DNA of 64,000 nt, taken from the human T2T-CHM13v2.0 reference genome, Homo sapiens. This document shows, in pieces, positions 44,685 to 57,996 of the stretch (positions within the stretch are counted from its first letter, which is position 1; each line of letters begins with the position of its first letter). Where the stretch lies: NCBI RefSeq assembly GCF_009914755.1, contig NC_060934.1; one strand, given 5' to 3'. Below the pieces are notes generated by a model. That model ran no database searches. It had not been told where the DNA came from and was given only the letters and a program-made list of their open reading frames with translations. Position numbers and translations under genes: made by a program.

Positions 44685-45120
44685 CAGTCTATGACAAAAA
44701 CATTATCCTTCTGCTGCTAAACAATCCAATAAACCTCTCCACAGGGAGAAAGTTAACCTCTTGTCTCTTCGGCTGATGCCTTCCCGCCCACGTGACTGCT
44801 GCCACAGTAAATTCAAATCATTAGTCTCCTCACCCCATCAAAAAACTTCTATTAGTAATGGAGACCTCGCCGGAGACCTTCCGCGGAGAGCGCTGCCTTC
44901 CCAATTCCCAGTGGAAAAATTCTGCGCGAAAAACTAATTCTACTTTTAATAATCTGTCATCAGGACCAGAGGCAGTCATAAATTATATGGGAGCGCGTGC
45001 GAGAGCGCGCCACAAGAGGGAAATCAGGGCGAAAAATCAAAGCCCAAGTTTGACAAACTTTCCTGAAGATAAATAATAACTTACAAACAGGATTAGTTGT
45101 AAAGTCACGCTCCGGCGCGC
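44685..45120. promoter_or_regulatory. CNE-like core 2 of the large island
   Basis: ~430 bp with AACAAT (SOX-type), CCAATAAA and GTCATAAA (posterior HOX/CDX-type), CACGTG E-box, CTGTCA. Confidence 0.7.
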
Positions 45121-45829
45121 AGCCACCGCGGCAATCACGTCTGCCGAGGGCCGCCACCGCGAGGCACCTGTCACCGGCCGCCACCGCTTCCGAGCCTTCC
45201 TCCTCGTCCTCCTCCTTGCCTGCCTCCCCTCCTCCTCTTCCTCGCCCTCCAGCCTTCCTCTTCCCTTTTCTGCTCTCCTCCCTCCTCCCCTGCTTCCTCC
45301 AAGTTGTCCTCCGCTTCCCCCTGCTCTTCTTTACCCTTCTCCTCCTCTTCCTGCCTCAAACCTCCATCCTTCTCTCCCTGGCCAGCGGGCCGAGGTCCAC
45401 CGATCCCCAGGGCAGTGGAGCCCCATTCTCCTCTCCCCCATCCCACCTCCAAGGGTCCCCAGCTGCAGGGACCAAGGTCAGAGGAGGGTGAGAGGATTCG
45501 CGGGAGTCTCGTTCGCCGGGGCTGTGACCTCGAGTGGGGGCTCGGCGTGTAAAGGGGTGTACGGGAGCGGCCCTTGGCTTCCTGCCTCTGCGGCCTCCCC
45601 TGCCTCCCGGCCCCATCCCGTCTCCCTGTCCTCCGCCCTCACCCACCCGGACAGAGGGAGACTGGCGCGGGCAGTGCGTGGGTTGGGGGCACAGCCCGAC
45701 CCCTAAGTTTATTCGTTGGCGTGGGTGCAGGGTGGCGGCGGGTCCGCTCCGCCCGCCTCGGGTCCCAGCCCCCACCCCCCGGAGCTTCCCTCCCCCACCC
45801 CACCCCGCCCCGCCCTCGCCCCGCACAAT

Positions 45830-45972
45830 CTCGGCGCTGACAGCCGAGCAGGTGATAAATGCCGGCGACGCGGGGAAGGAATTGCGCAAAATAAAGAAGC
45901 ATGTTCCAACAAGTCCTGTCAGGATTGTATTGATTTAATCATCTGCAGAAATACACATTCTGGATTACTGTA
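45830..45972. promoter_or_regulatory. CNE-like core 3 of the large island
   Basis: TGACAG, CTGTCA, TTGCGCAA (C/EBP-type palindrome), TGATTTAATCA. Confidence 0.55.
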
Positions 45973-46849
45973 GCGTGCCCGGGCCGGGGGAAGGGGCGGG
46001 CCGGCCGGCTAGGGCCGCGGCGGGCGGGGCGCAGCGGCGGGCGAAGGGGCGGGCAGAACTGGGGCCCCGCCCCTCGCCCCAGGCCCCGCCCCACCGGCCT
46101 TCTGGCCTGGCGAGAAACTGCAGGGCGCTGGGGCTAGGGTTTGGGGGTTCCCTACCTAAGAGGTGCTGCGGAAGGGCTGTTCTGCCCTGCGGGCACCTCC
46201 TCCTGCACCCGCCCCCGAGGTGGCCTTGCGAAACTGCTGCACAGGGCGGTCAAGGAATCCTCGAGCTGGACGCGAACCCTAGAGGCGGAGGGTGGGGGGG
46301 GTTTGTTGGGGGTGGAAAGAAGATGGAGAGGAAAGGACAGCAGGAGAGCGAAGGCCGCAGATGGGCCCTCCTTCTACCTCTAGAATGTTTTCTGGTGGTT
46401 TCCCGCTCCATCATCTCTTGCCAGAGGCAAGACCTCAGCTGCCATGCTTCAGGGTACTTGGAGGAGGTAGGGCACTCCAGTACCACCTCCTGGCGTGGCT
46501 GACCTGTGCCTGCAGCTACTTTGGAGGTAGAGGTGGGGATAGATGAGAGCTCATCTCAGCTAACACTTTGTAGGTGCTTCATGAAGGTTAAACAAACCAA
46601 CAAACATATCTCTGACTTCTGTTCCATAATCCAGGTTGAGTCCCGAGGTGAGGACTTGGGGTAGGATTGGATCTTCATTTGGTTGAAAACCTGGCCCTTT
46701 GGAAAAAACAAACAAACAAACAAACAAACAAAATAAACTTACGGGGTGGAGGGTGGCAAAGGGATGGAGAGATTGCACAGCCGCTGAGAGTAGGGGAAGC
46801 CAAATGGAAATAGAAGCAGAAATCCATTTATTTAATGATTGATTTATCA

Positions 46850-47015
46850 TATTTTATGTCGTGGAAACCTTCCAACAGCCTTAGAGGTTGTTACTATCAA
46901 TATCCCCCATTATGCAGATGAGAAAAATGAGGTTCGGAGAGGTTGATTGGCTTAAGATCACAGTGTTGCTAGGTTTGGAAGCTTACCTTGGAGGCCAGGT
47001 CTGTCATACTCCAAA
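46850..47015 (-). mobile_element. MIR SINE
   Basis: ccccattatgcagatgagaaaaatgaggttcggagaggtt...aagatcacag. Confidence 0.8.
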
Positions 47016-47917
47016 CCTTCCCCATAGTTATGGGCGTTGGGGGGCAGTGCTGTGGGTTTGAGAACTGTATGGAGGATGGTGGGGAGGCAGGGTGCAAGAA
47101 TCACAGAGGAACTAGACCCAGTGAGCAGTAAACCTTGTCCATTCCAAAAACACTGGGGTCGAGGGGTGGGCACTGGTGCTTGAACTCTCCCTAGGAGTTT
47201 TAAGAACTGTAGAGAGGGACCCTAAGCTGGGGAGGTGGGGGTGAGGGGACCACCAGAGAGTAAAATTAACACCATAATTTCTTTATGTACCATCAGTGTA
47301 CTAGTCTTAGTTGGGAAGGGAGTGGAGGGACTTTAGAGAAAAGGAAAATCATGAGAGTGAGTAATGTAGACCAGTGAGAGAAGTGGAATTTTATCTGAAA
47401 TCAGAAATTGTTACCAAAGGTGTGGGGGTTAGGCCACTCATGGTGGGAGAAGGAGACGTCATCATTGGGGTGGCTTTATCAGTGAGAAGCACAGCACCTC
47501 CCTGAGTGACCCCTCACTCAATAGAAAACCAAAAAGAATGAACAATAACTGAGAGCACAAGCATGATGGGGAATCATGAAAGACAGACAGACCTTGGGGT
47601 CCCAATGGACCACAAGCCAAATTGGAGTAGATGTGAATAACTGAACAAGACTGGGAGTAAGAAACGAAGATGCAATTTATTTCTTTTCATGGGGAGGTGG
47701 CTGTAAAATGGGGTAAAATAAAGAGGGGGTGGAGGGAGCAGAGAAGGGAGCAGGGGACTTCCTTCTAAGAGAGATAAGGCATCTGCCACCACCCCATTGT
47801 GACTCACCCATTTCTCCCCACCTATACCCATTCTGCCTCCACAAGAGCTTTCCATTCAGTGCCTTCCCCTTGCAAGTCAGCTTTTAGGATTGCCTGTTTT
47901 TCATAAGATTACCTTAA

Positions 47918-48620
<703 letters not shown>

Positions 48621-48654
48621 CAACGAAAAGACCCAAAGATCTGTGATCTCTCCC

Positions 48655-49245
48655 CCAACGACCCGCGCTTCTGACCCCTCCCTCACCCCCTGGTGGTCCA
48701 GCCTCAGCCCCAGACCCACGCAGTGCCTCACGCTCGCCTGCCCCGCCCGCTCCCCGCGGGCCTGCGCGTGACTTTAGCGCGCGCGGCTCCGCCCGGAAGG
48801 TCACCTCCTTCATCACGGATTCTATTTGCATCCGGAATCGCATGTACATGAAAAATGTGTCCGCGTGCGGCCCCGACTGCAGACGCAGATGAAATTCTGT
48901 GCCGAGCCTGATGCGCGGTAACCTTTGCAGATGGCGCCGCTATTGCTGAGAAATGGATTGCTTAATAAAGCGTATCATCCGGCATATTTGCTGCTTGGCT
49001 AGCCAAATAGAAGTTGTTTTTTGCACAAATTTCCTTGTCAAATTTGTCAATGTTCATGTCATTTTTGCTTTAGGTCACAGAGCAAGGTGCAAATTCCTGG
49101 CATCTTTACTAGTTGCAGCCAATTTCGGCGATTTCGGCGGTGACGGGGATTCTCAGAGGAGCCGCGTGCCCGTGCGCTCCCGCCTGTCGGCCCCAGAGAG
49201 CGCAGCCCTGACACCTCCTCCCGGAAGCCCGCCGGCCCGACCCTG
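48655..49245. promoter_or_regulatory. CpG island with CNE-like core (48800-49130)
   Basis: Dense CpG; ATTTGCAT 48824, CAGATGGCG (E-box/YY1-like), palindrome TTGGCTAGCCAA, repeated TGTCA; CTCF-like motif on - at 48683-48697. Confidence 0.75.
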
Positions 49246-50894
49246 GTTTGGAAGGAGAGGCTCAGGGAGTGGGACAGAGGGTATCTCTCTTTCCCCAGCG
49301 TCCACCCCCAGACGCCTCCTACCCCCAACCAGGGAGGTTAGAGGGGCAGATGGGAGTACGAGGCTTACACCCAGCTCTCCTATGCCACTTCCTCTCCCTA
49401 AGACGTGGCCTTTTCCCCATCTTCCTTTGACTCCTTGAGTTTCCAGTGGAAACGGAGGAATCTGTGGGAAGGGGAGCCCTCTTCTTGTCCTTTCATGAGA
49501 AATTTCAGCTCCCAGGGCCCCAAGACCCCACCCACACTCCATTCCAAAGCCAGATTAACCTATCTCCACCTTAGGAGAGGTTTACTGAAGGAAGGCAGTG
49601 GGTGGGAGAACGTTGTCCAGTTCCCTCCTTCCACACACTCCAGACCCACTTTGAGGGAGAGTAGTGGACAAACAGGTATATGAGGTATGGGAGCGGGGTA
49701 GGAGGGGATAGGTGAGAACACAAACAAGCAGGCTTTCTTGGAAGATCTTTTCCTCCCATTTGAGTTTCAATCACTCGGGCTGGGCTGGGCCTTTCTCAAG
49801 CAAATCCTATGAAAAACAGATCATCCTGAAGGTCACTGAGAGGTTTAGGCAGTCCCGAGCCTGGTGTGGGGAGTTTACTCGATTATTTCCTCCCAGCTAA
49901 AGTCAACAGCTAACACTGGGGAGTGCTCATGCATGCCAGGCTCTGTGCTAAGCCGGTGACCCGCATTATCTCATAAAATCATCATTTCAGCAAGCCCATG
50001 AGTCTTTTACAAATATTCTCCCCATTATACAGATGCAGGCTCAGCTCAAGGAAATCAGCCCACTTGGAGAGTGTGGATGAGGTTTGGGGGCCTGTGATGG
50101 TAGGTGGGCTGATGAAGGGGATCAGGTCGGGGGTGGGGTGGGTGGGAATGGTAGGGAGAGGACTCCCCGGAAGCAGGCCTGGCAGGGTCCCTGAAAGCCT
50201 GTCCCAGTGTGAGCTCCCTGGAGGGAAGCTGATGTGGGGAGGGGATGTGGACAGTGTTCTCTATGGGAATTGTGCATATGAGGACAGGCAGGAGATCCGG
50301 GGACATGTATGGGAGAATAGACACTGAGGACACTAATATGGGAAAGGGTATATTGTGGGTAGGATCTGAATAAGTCAAAAGGGATGAGTGTGGGGCAGGG
50401 CATGAGGACAGGTATAGGGAGCAGGCAAGTAGAGATGGGGTATGAGGGCTGGTATGTGGAGTTGTGGGTGTGGATATGGGCATGTAGGGACAGGTATGAG
50501 TGTCAGGAGCATGAAAAGGGTGTAACAAGACAGTTGATGGTGACACTAAATTCCAAGGAGTTGGCCATATCTGTGTTGGCTGCTGTATTCCCCAGATCCA
50601 AGCTCAGTGCCTAGCACATGGTAGGGGCTTAGGATGTCGTTGTGTAATGACTGAATGGGGAAAGAGCTTGGTTGGGTACAGGTGTTCTTGGTTAGGAGGT
50701 GGGCAGATTTACCATGAGATATTCTAGGAGAGTTTGGGTTCTCTATTCAGCCTCTATGCACTGGGCCAGGCTGGGGAATGGTCAGACCTGCTTCCCTGGA
50801 ACAGGAGACCAGCCCGGGATGGGAGCCCAGTAAACTGGGGGCTGCAAAGCATTGGATGATGTCGGGCGGGGGTGGGGTGGGGGTGGGGGAGGAC

Positions 50895-51100
50895 TGCCGT
50901 CAGATTATTAATGGCCATGCGTTGACTCAATTAAATCCAGCCTGCTTTTGTTGGCAGGCCTCCGCAATTATGCATCTCATTATGGGCGGCCGCCCAAATG
51001 CATCCTGGGAGGAGACCAGAACTCCAAATTAACTTTTCCTGGCGCTGCGGGGGCTGGTTGGCCGGCACTGCCTGCATGGCAGCCAATCAGTGTTGGCTCC
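50895..51100. promoter_or_regulatory. CNE-like block
   Basis: ATTATTAATGG, TGACTCA (AP-1), CAATTAA, AATTATGCAT, 14-bp GC palindrome, CCAAT box. Confidence 0.55.
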
Positions 51101-51589
51101 AAGGGGGGCGGGGTCATAAGAAGGACGAAGGTGTGGGGAGGGTAGGCTGCCCTGCCTGGGGTGCGTCTAGAAAAGATGGGCTAAAGACCTGCATGTTCAT
51201 CCAGAATAACTCCCATGCCCAAGCCACCCCCATCTCCAGCAAGAAGCCGGCCTAGGTGTTTGGGTTCAGTGTTGGAGGGAGTCTTGTCCTTATCCCTCAG
51301 TGGAGGAGATCACCCCAACAGGGAGTACAGAGAACCAGGTGCCCTTGGTTCCCCCACCTCCCCAACCATGCACGACCCAAACTAAATCAACGTGACTCCA
51401 GAATTACACCAAACCCACAAGAACCAAGGGAAGTAAGGGGTAGCAGTGTAGAGAGGGCGTCCTGCTGGGTGTGGGGAGGCCACTCGGGAGGTTGGCCAGA
51501 TTGGCTCCTGCCCTGCTGGGTGTCGCCTGTGTGTCAGGGTGTGTATGTTTGTGTGTGGGTGTGTGTGCGCAAGCCTGCTCACAGCCTGC

Positions 51590-51650
51590 CTCTGCAGTTA
51601 CACCACCAGTATAAAGCGCTTCATTAACCTGTCAATCAAAGCCCGCTTCT
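51590..51650. promoter_or_regulatory. Short element with perfect PBX-PREP/MEIS decamer
   Basis: CTGTCAATCA (=TGATTGACAG on -) at 51629-51638, CATTAA upstream, overlapping ATCAAAG. Confidence 0.55.
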
Positions 51651-52544
51651 CTCCAGCTCTCAGGCTCTGCCCTGCATCAGCCCATGCTACGTGTGTTCCT
51701 GCACATTGTGCCACCCTGGGACCACTTGGCATTGCCCAGCCTCCCCCTACAGAAGCATGGCTTCTGTTGCCTCCCCAAAACCCCCAAATGTTCATACCTT
51801 ACCCAGGAGAGCCTGGGGCCTGTCGCCTGTGTGTGGTATGTGTGTATGCAGGTCAGTATCTTATTGTGTGTGTGGCCTTACTCCAAACCATGCATTCGTG
51901 AGAAATGGCCGTTCTAAAAACCAGAGCAAACTGGAGGTGTATGAGGTCCAGCTCTGAGCTGTGTGCACTTGGACTTGCCACCTTCCCTCTCTGGGCTTCA
52001 GGGGCCTCATCTGCATGGTGGTCTGGTTCAGACTAGATGATCTCTACTCTTCTTCCTTCCGGCTTTCTGAGTTCAGGTGAGTGTGACCTTCAGAACTGTA
52101 CACACATGTGTATACAGGTGTGTGTGTCCTCTCCCAGCTGTTTTTCCTCCCAGGTTGCTGAGGTGCTGGGGCAGAACCACCAAAGCCCAGAGGCTGCTCT
52201 TGACCTGGAAGGGGCATGCATTTCCAAGATTCCACATGGCACCATCGACTGGAGCCCACTATAGAAACAGACATACTCACTCACGTCCACACCCACTTGC
52301 TATGACCAAACTCTTACAGGCTGCAGACAGCATGCCTAAAGTGGGCACCCATGCAGAGGCACACCCAAGCAGGTGTGGGCCCAGACAGTACCCACCCTTG
52401 TCGAGAGTGCCTCCAGCATTCAGGATCACCTAAAGATCCCAAGCTTCCCAATTTTGGGGGCCTGGCCTTGCTCCCACCTGCCAGGCCCATATAGGGGAAA
52501 GAGGCGATGTTTTCCACGACAGGGGAGGGCTCTGCTCACCCCAC

Positions 52545-52735
52545 TTGTGGTTTCTTTATTGTGCGTTAATGAAACCCTGTTTCTTCTGGGTGTTTAATTC
52601 TTTCCATCTATTATGTTTAGACAACTCATTAACAATCATTCATTATAATTAGACTTCAATTTTAGGCTTCTTTCTCAGGGGAGGTAATGCAGAGCTTTTA
52701 CACATATTTGCATCATAAACAGCTTCCAAATCTCT
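52545..52735. promoter_or_regulatory. CNE-like block
   Basis: Many TAAT cores, AACAAT, ATTTGCAT at 52706-52713. Confidence 0.6.
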
Positions 52736-53359
52736 GGGTGTCACCCCTGCCCTCTCCGACACTGACCACTGTCCCTGCTTTTCTCTCCTTCCTTCCCTCC
52801 CCTCTGCCCACCCCTGCTCCCAATATAGGGTTGAGGGTGGAGAAAGGGGAGCTGAAGAGTACATACACGGCCTCAGATCCTGTTGCCCCCAGAGTCCGTC
52901 TGGCCTGGGCCTGGGCCTGGCCCTCGCTGAATGACTCAGATGTGCCAAAAGCAGGGAGTGGGCTGCCCTAGAAACACATTTGCCCCAGTAATCACCAGGC
53001 TGGGACACCAGGCTATCATGCTCCCAAGCTCTCACCCAGAGCTGCTGGCTCTTTGAGTGTCCCCATGTCCCCGTCTCTACTGAAATACATGCAGATATGC
53101 CTGCCCTGTAGACACATGCAAGCAAGTGTGTACACCAGACACATACAACCACCTAGGGAAGGCAGAGGGAGTCTCTCATGGGGATTTTTCTTCTTCCAAT
53201 TCTAAACTGAGACACTGGCTCCCACCATCACACCTCCCCCCAAATTCCTTTTAGTTTAAGGATGCCCATGCCTTTCAGTCTTTACTTGCAACATCATAGG
53301 ATCTCTATTTGATGAGTGAATGTTTGTTGAGAGAATGAATGAATGAGTTTTAGTGGAAA

Positions 53360-53570
53360 TGGCATGGGTATTATAGTTAGACAGACTAGGTTCACATTCC
53401 AGCTCTGTAACTGACTAACCATGTGACCTCTCTGAGCCTCAGTTTACTCCTCTGTAAAATGAGGATAATAACGTCTACCTTGCAGGGATTTTGTGAGGAT
53501 GAAGAGAGCTAACTAAAAATGTAAAGTACCTGGCATTTTATAGGTACTTAACCTATGGTAACTATAATAA
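53360..53570 (+). mobile_element. MIR SINE
   Basis: agactagggttcacattccagctctg...ctctgagcctcagtttactcctctgtaaaatgaggataata. Confidence 0.88.
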
Positions 53571-54512
53571 TTAATACTAGTGAAGTTTGTATTAATAACT
53601 TATAAGTAACCATAATAATCCCAGGAAGAGGCCCCTGGGTCATCCTGTGCAACTACCTTTCCAGTGGGGCAGTCTTTTCTGCAGCATCCTCAATGGGCGC
53701 TGCTTGATTGTATCCATGGAAGGGAGCTCAGCTCTGTCCCTTTCTATTATTGGGCAGATCTCCTTACGGGAAAGATTTTTCTTAGATCCAGTTACAATCA
53801 ACCTCCTTGCAACCTTCCCCATTAGCCCTGGAGCGTGCCTTTGGGAATCTGCTTGCTCAGCAATGGATACCCTGAGAGGTCCCCACAGGGGAGAAGAGAA
53901 GGGGGCAGGATGGAGGGCAAATGCCATGATGGGGCAGGATGACTGGGAGAAGGAGGCTGAGAGGCTGATGGGAGAGGCAGTGAGTGGAGTATGGCTGGAC
54001 CCCTCAGAGGCTGCAGGAACCAGAGGGAGCCACAGGAGGAGAGACAGAGACAGAGAGGGGACACCGGGGGAGAAGGATTTTCTATCAACAAAACAGCAGG
54101 ACAGATTCTGGCTGGTCTCTGGAAACATCTTCATCTGGTGCCTGAGGCCAGCTCTGAGCTCCTTTTAGCTCATTACTGGCAATTAGTCCTCTGGGCCCAG
54201 CCTGGGGGAGGGGGACACTATTAGCTCACACTCCCCTGGACACACACACACACCGTGAATCAAGTTGACAACTTTGCCCCGCCTGTCCTCCTTACCCTGC
54301 TCTGTGTGTGGGGTGGGAAGCATGTGTCCACATGGATGTGTGAATGCATGTATATCTACATGAAGATGTCACAGGGCAGACAGTGTGAGTGCATGTGTCT
54401 GGCCTGTGGGAATGTGAGATTGTGCAAAAGAGCAGGAAGTGTGTGTGCATGCATGCATGCCCTGTGGGAGAAATGGGAATGTGTAAGTGAGTTTGTGAGG
54501 ATTGAAAATCTA

Positions 54513-54907
<395 letters not shown>

Positions 54908-55201
54908 TCAGGAAAGGAAAAAGAACAGGCGGATCTTGGCATTCCTACCTCAGCTCCATCTCAGAAAGTTTGGTCCTTGGGGAGCTCCTTTCTCTGAAGT
55001 GGAAAACTAGAACATCATTGGGGTGAATCCCAGGGAGGACACCCAGAATTTGCTCCTCCCTTTAACCCTTTCCTTCCCAGATGCTTTAGCCTAGCACTGT
55101 TCAATAGAAATATAACGTGAGCCACATATGCAATTCAAAATTTTATAGTGACTACATTTCCTCTTTAAAAGGTTAAAAAAAAAGGTAAAACTATTTATTT
55201 A

Positions 55202-55519
55202 GGCCTGGTGCAGTAGCTCATGCCTGTAATCTCAGCACTTTGGGAGGCCCAGATGGGCGGATCATGAGGTCAGGAGACTGAGACCATCCTGGCCAACATG
55301 GTGAAACCCTGTCTCTACTAAAAATACAAAAATTAGCCAGGTGTGGTGGCATGTGCCTGTAGTCCCAGCTACTCATGAGGCTGAGGCAGGATGAGGTACG
55401 AGAATCACTTGAACCCGGGAGGGAGAGGTTGCAGTGAGCTGAGATCATGTCACTGCACTCCAGCCTGGGCCACAGAGTGAGACTCTGTCTCAAACAAACA
55501 AACAAACAAAAAACCAAAA
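55202..55519 (+). mobile_element. Alu (AluS-like)
   Basis: Full Alu, (CAAA)n tail. Confidence 0.95.
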
Positions 55520-55523
55520 ACCT

Positions 55524-55657
55524 ATTTCTTTATTTATTCTAGAGATGGGGTCTTGCTTTGTACTCCAAGTTGGTCTTGAACTCCTGGACTAAAACAGTCC
55601 TCCTGCCTGGGCCTCCCAAAGTGCTGGGATTACAGGTATGAGCCACTGCATCCAGCC
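55524..55657 (-). mobile_element. Alu left monomer (FLAM-like)
   Basis: agagatggggtcttgct...ctcccaaagtgctgggattacagg...ccagcc. Confidence 0.9.
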
Positions 55658-55680
55658 TACTTTTTAAAAACATACTTATT

Positions 55681-55999
55681 GGCCAGGTGCGGTGGCTCAG
55701 GCCTGTAATCCCAGCACTTTGGGAGGCTGAGGTGGGCGGATTACTTGAGGTCAGGAGTAATCCTGACCAGGCTGTGACCAGCCTGAGACCAGCCTGGCCA
55801 AAATGGTGAAACCCCGTCCCTACTAGAAATACAAAAATTAGGCAGGTGTGGTGGCGCATGTCTGTAATCCTAGTTACTCAGGAGGCTGAGACATGAGAAC
55901 CACCTGAACTCAGGAGGCGGACGTTGCAGTGAGCCAAAAATGTGCCACCATACTCCAGCCTGGGCAACAGAGTGAGACTCTGTCTCAAAAAAAAAAAAA
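55681..55999 (+). mobile_element. Alu (AluSx-like) with a short internal insertion
   Basis: Extra text between gtcaggagt and gagaccagcc. Confidence 0.95.
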
Positions 56000-56002
56000 G
56001 TC

Positions 56003-56472
<470 letters not shown>

Positions 56473-57627
56473 CCAGCTTAATTTTGATAAGATATTTTAT
56501 GTAAACCAATATAGCCAAGTTAATATCATCTTAACATGTAATCAATATTTTGTAAAGAATTAACATGTTTTACATTTTTCATAGTAAATCTTTACAAATT
56601 GGTGTGTATTTTTCATTTACAGCACATTTCCATTTGGATGAGCCACACTTCAAGTGCTCAATGTCACACGTGGCTAGTGGCTACCATATTGGGCAAGACA
56701 GATCTGCAGCCTGGCTTGGCTGGTTTCCCACAAGCCAGTGAAGGGTGGCGTGTGTGCTGGTGGGGGCTGGGGGAACAGGGAGCAGTGAGGGTTGGAATCA
56801 CTGCACTCTTCATTCTCTCTCTACCTCAGACCCTGCCCTTGCGGAGCCTTCGGGCTCCTTTCCCCACTGATGGTCACAGCCTAGACAGGTGGATTCAATG
56901 TTGGAGTCTTCCTCGAGGAAGTTCTTCCCTTTGTGTTGCTTCTGAGGTTCCTACTGCAGGTGACAGCCAACCCTTTCTCATGAGGGCCCCCTCATCCTCT
57001 TCATCAGAGAGAATCTGGGGTGGGAGGAGAGAATCACATAGAAACTAACTGGGCAGGGCGTGGGGGGTGATGGGAGACATGACAGGCTAGAAAAGCCCCA
57101 AGTGCTGAGGAGGAGCGGGGAGGGAAGGAGGGGTGGGTGGCTTAGGAAATGACCACAGAGTAAAGGCAGCATTTCTAAAAGGTGACTTTTCAGTACCTTG
57201 TCCCCCTTATTCTTTTGAATTTTCTGTCTCCTCAGCCTCTCAGATATCTTGGGCCCATCTAGACCGCCCCCTCGTTTCCTCCCATCCCTTCATTTCCCTC
57301 CTGCTCAGCCTCTCATCACCTCCACCTCCTGGCCTCAGTCTCTCTCTGTCCATCTCTCTCCTTCCTACCCTTCACCTCCTCAGCTTACTTCCTGCTCTCA
57401 GACTTCATCCTCCACATGACCCCCCAGCCCAGGGTGATGGGGCTGGGAGGAATTTGGGGAATAGAGACCTGGAATGGGGTATGAGACCTGAGCCGGCAGC
57501 ATCTCCAGGAGAGAGAAGGAGGCAGGACCCTCCCAGTCCCCTCCCATCCTCTTACCCCTCCTCCCGCCCCTCCCCCCACAGGGCTGCAGTGATTCCACAG
57601 TCTCGGGGCTTGAGGGTCTCGGGGCCC

Positions 57628-57885
57628 CTCGCTAATGTAAGGTTATTGTAATTGATATGAAGGTAATTGATAATGTGTTACGGTGAATAATGTCTTCAAT
57701 TTTCTGCTAAATCCCATTTTTTGTAGCCATCTGGGCTCCTCCAACTGCCCCCCTGGGACGCTGGGTAATAGAGAGTAATTATTCTCAAGTCATTTACTTT
57801 TTCAAAGTGTTTAGTGCTTATCTGTTTTACAATTAAAATGGAAACGACCCTGATTCACTTCCTTTCTTTTTCATTTAAATAGCAC
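57628..57885. promoter_or_regulatory. CNE-like block
   Basis: GTAATTGATA twice (57648, 57663), TAATTA, CAATTAA in a sharply AT-rich island. Confidence 0.6.
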
Positions 57886-57950
57886 TCACCCCCCCACACC
57901 CCCACCACACACTCTCAGTCACACACAACCACACGGGCACACAACCCTCC

Positions 57951-57951
<1 letters not shown>

Positions 57952-57991
<40 letters not shown>
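57952..57991. repeat. (AC)20 microsatellite
   Basis: Directly visible. Confidence 0.97.

Positions 57992-57996
<5 letters not shown>

Larger units (their letters stand above)
43380..46300. promoter_or_regulatory. Large (~3 kb) CpG island with embedded AT-rich CNE-like cores; probable lncRNA promoter/enhancer hub
   Basis: Very dense CpG and GC boxes; no coding exon recognised. Confidence 0.9.

Noticed and set aside
45171-46502. Cluster of Pro/Gly/Arg-rich ORFs (also at 60349-61084)
   Set aside because: Stop-codon scarcity in CpG islands; all frames open, no codon or domain evidence.
46836-46847. Overlapping TGATTGAT/TGATTTAT PBX-HOX-like sites
   Set aside because: Lies in AT-rich low-complexity sequence at a MIR edge with no adjacent MEIS site.
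53640-54168. 173-aa (+) and 164-aa (-) ORFs
   Set aside because: No recognisable homology; partly purine-rich low complexity.
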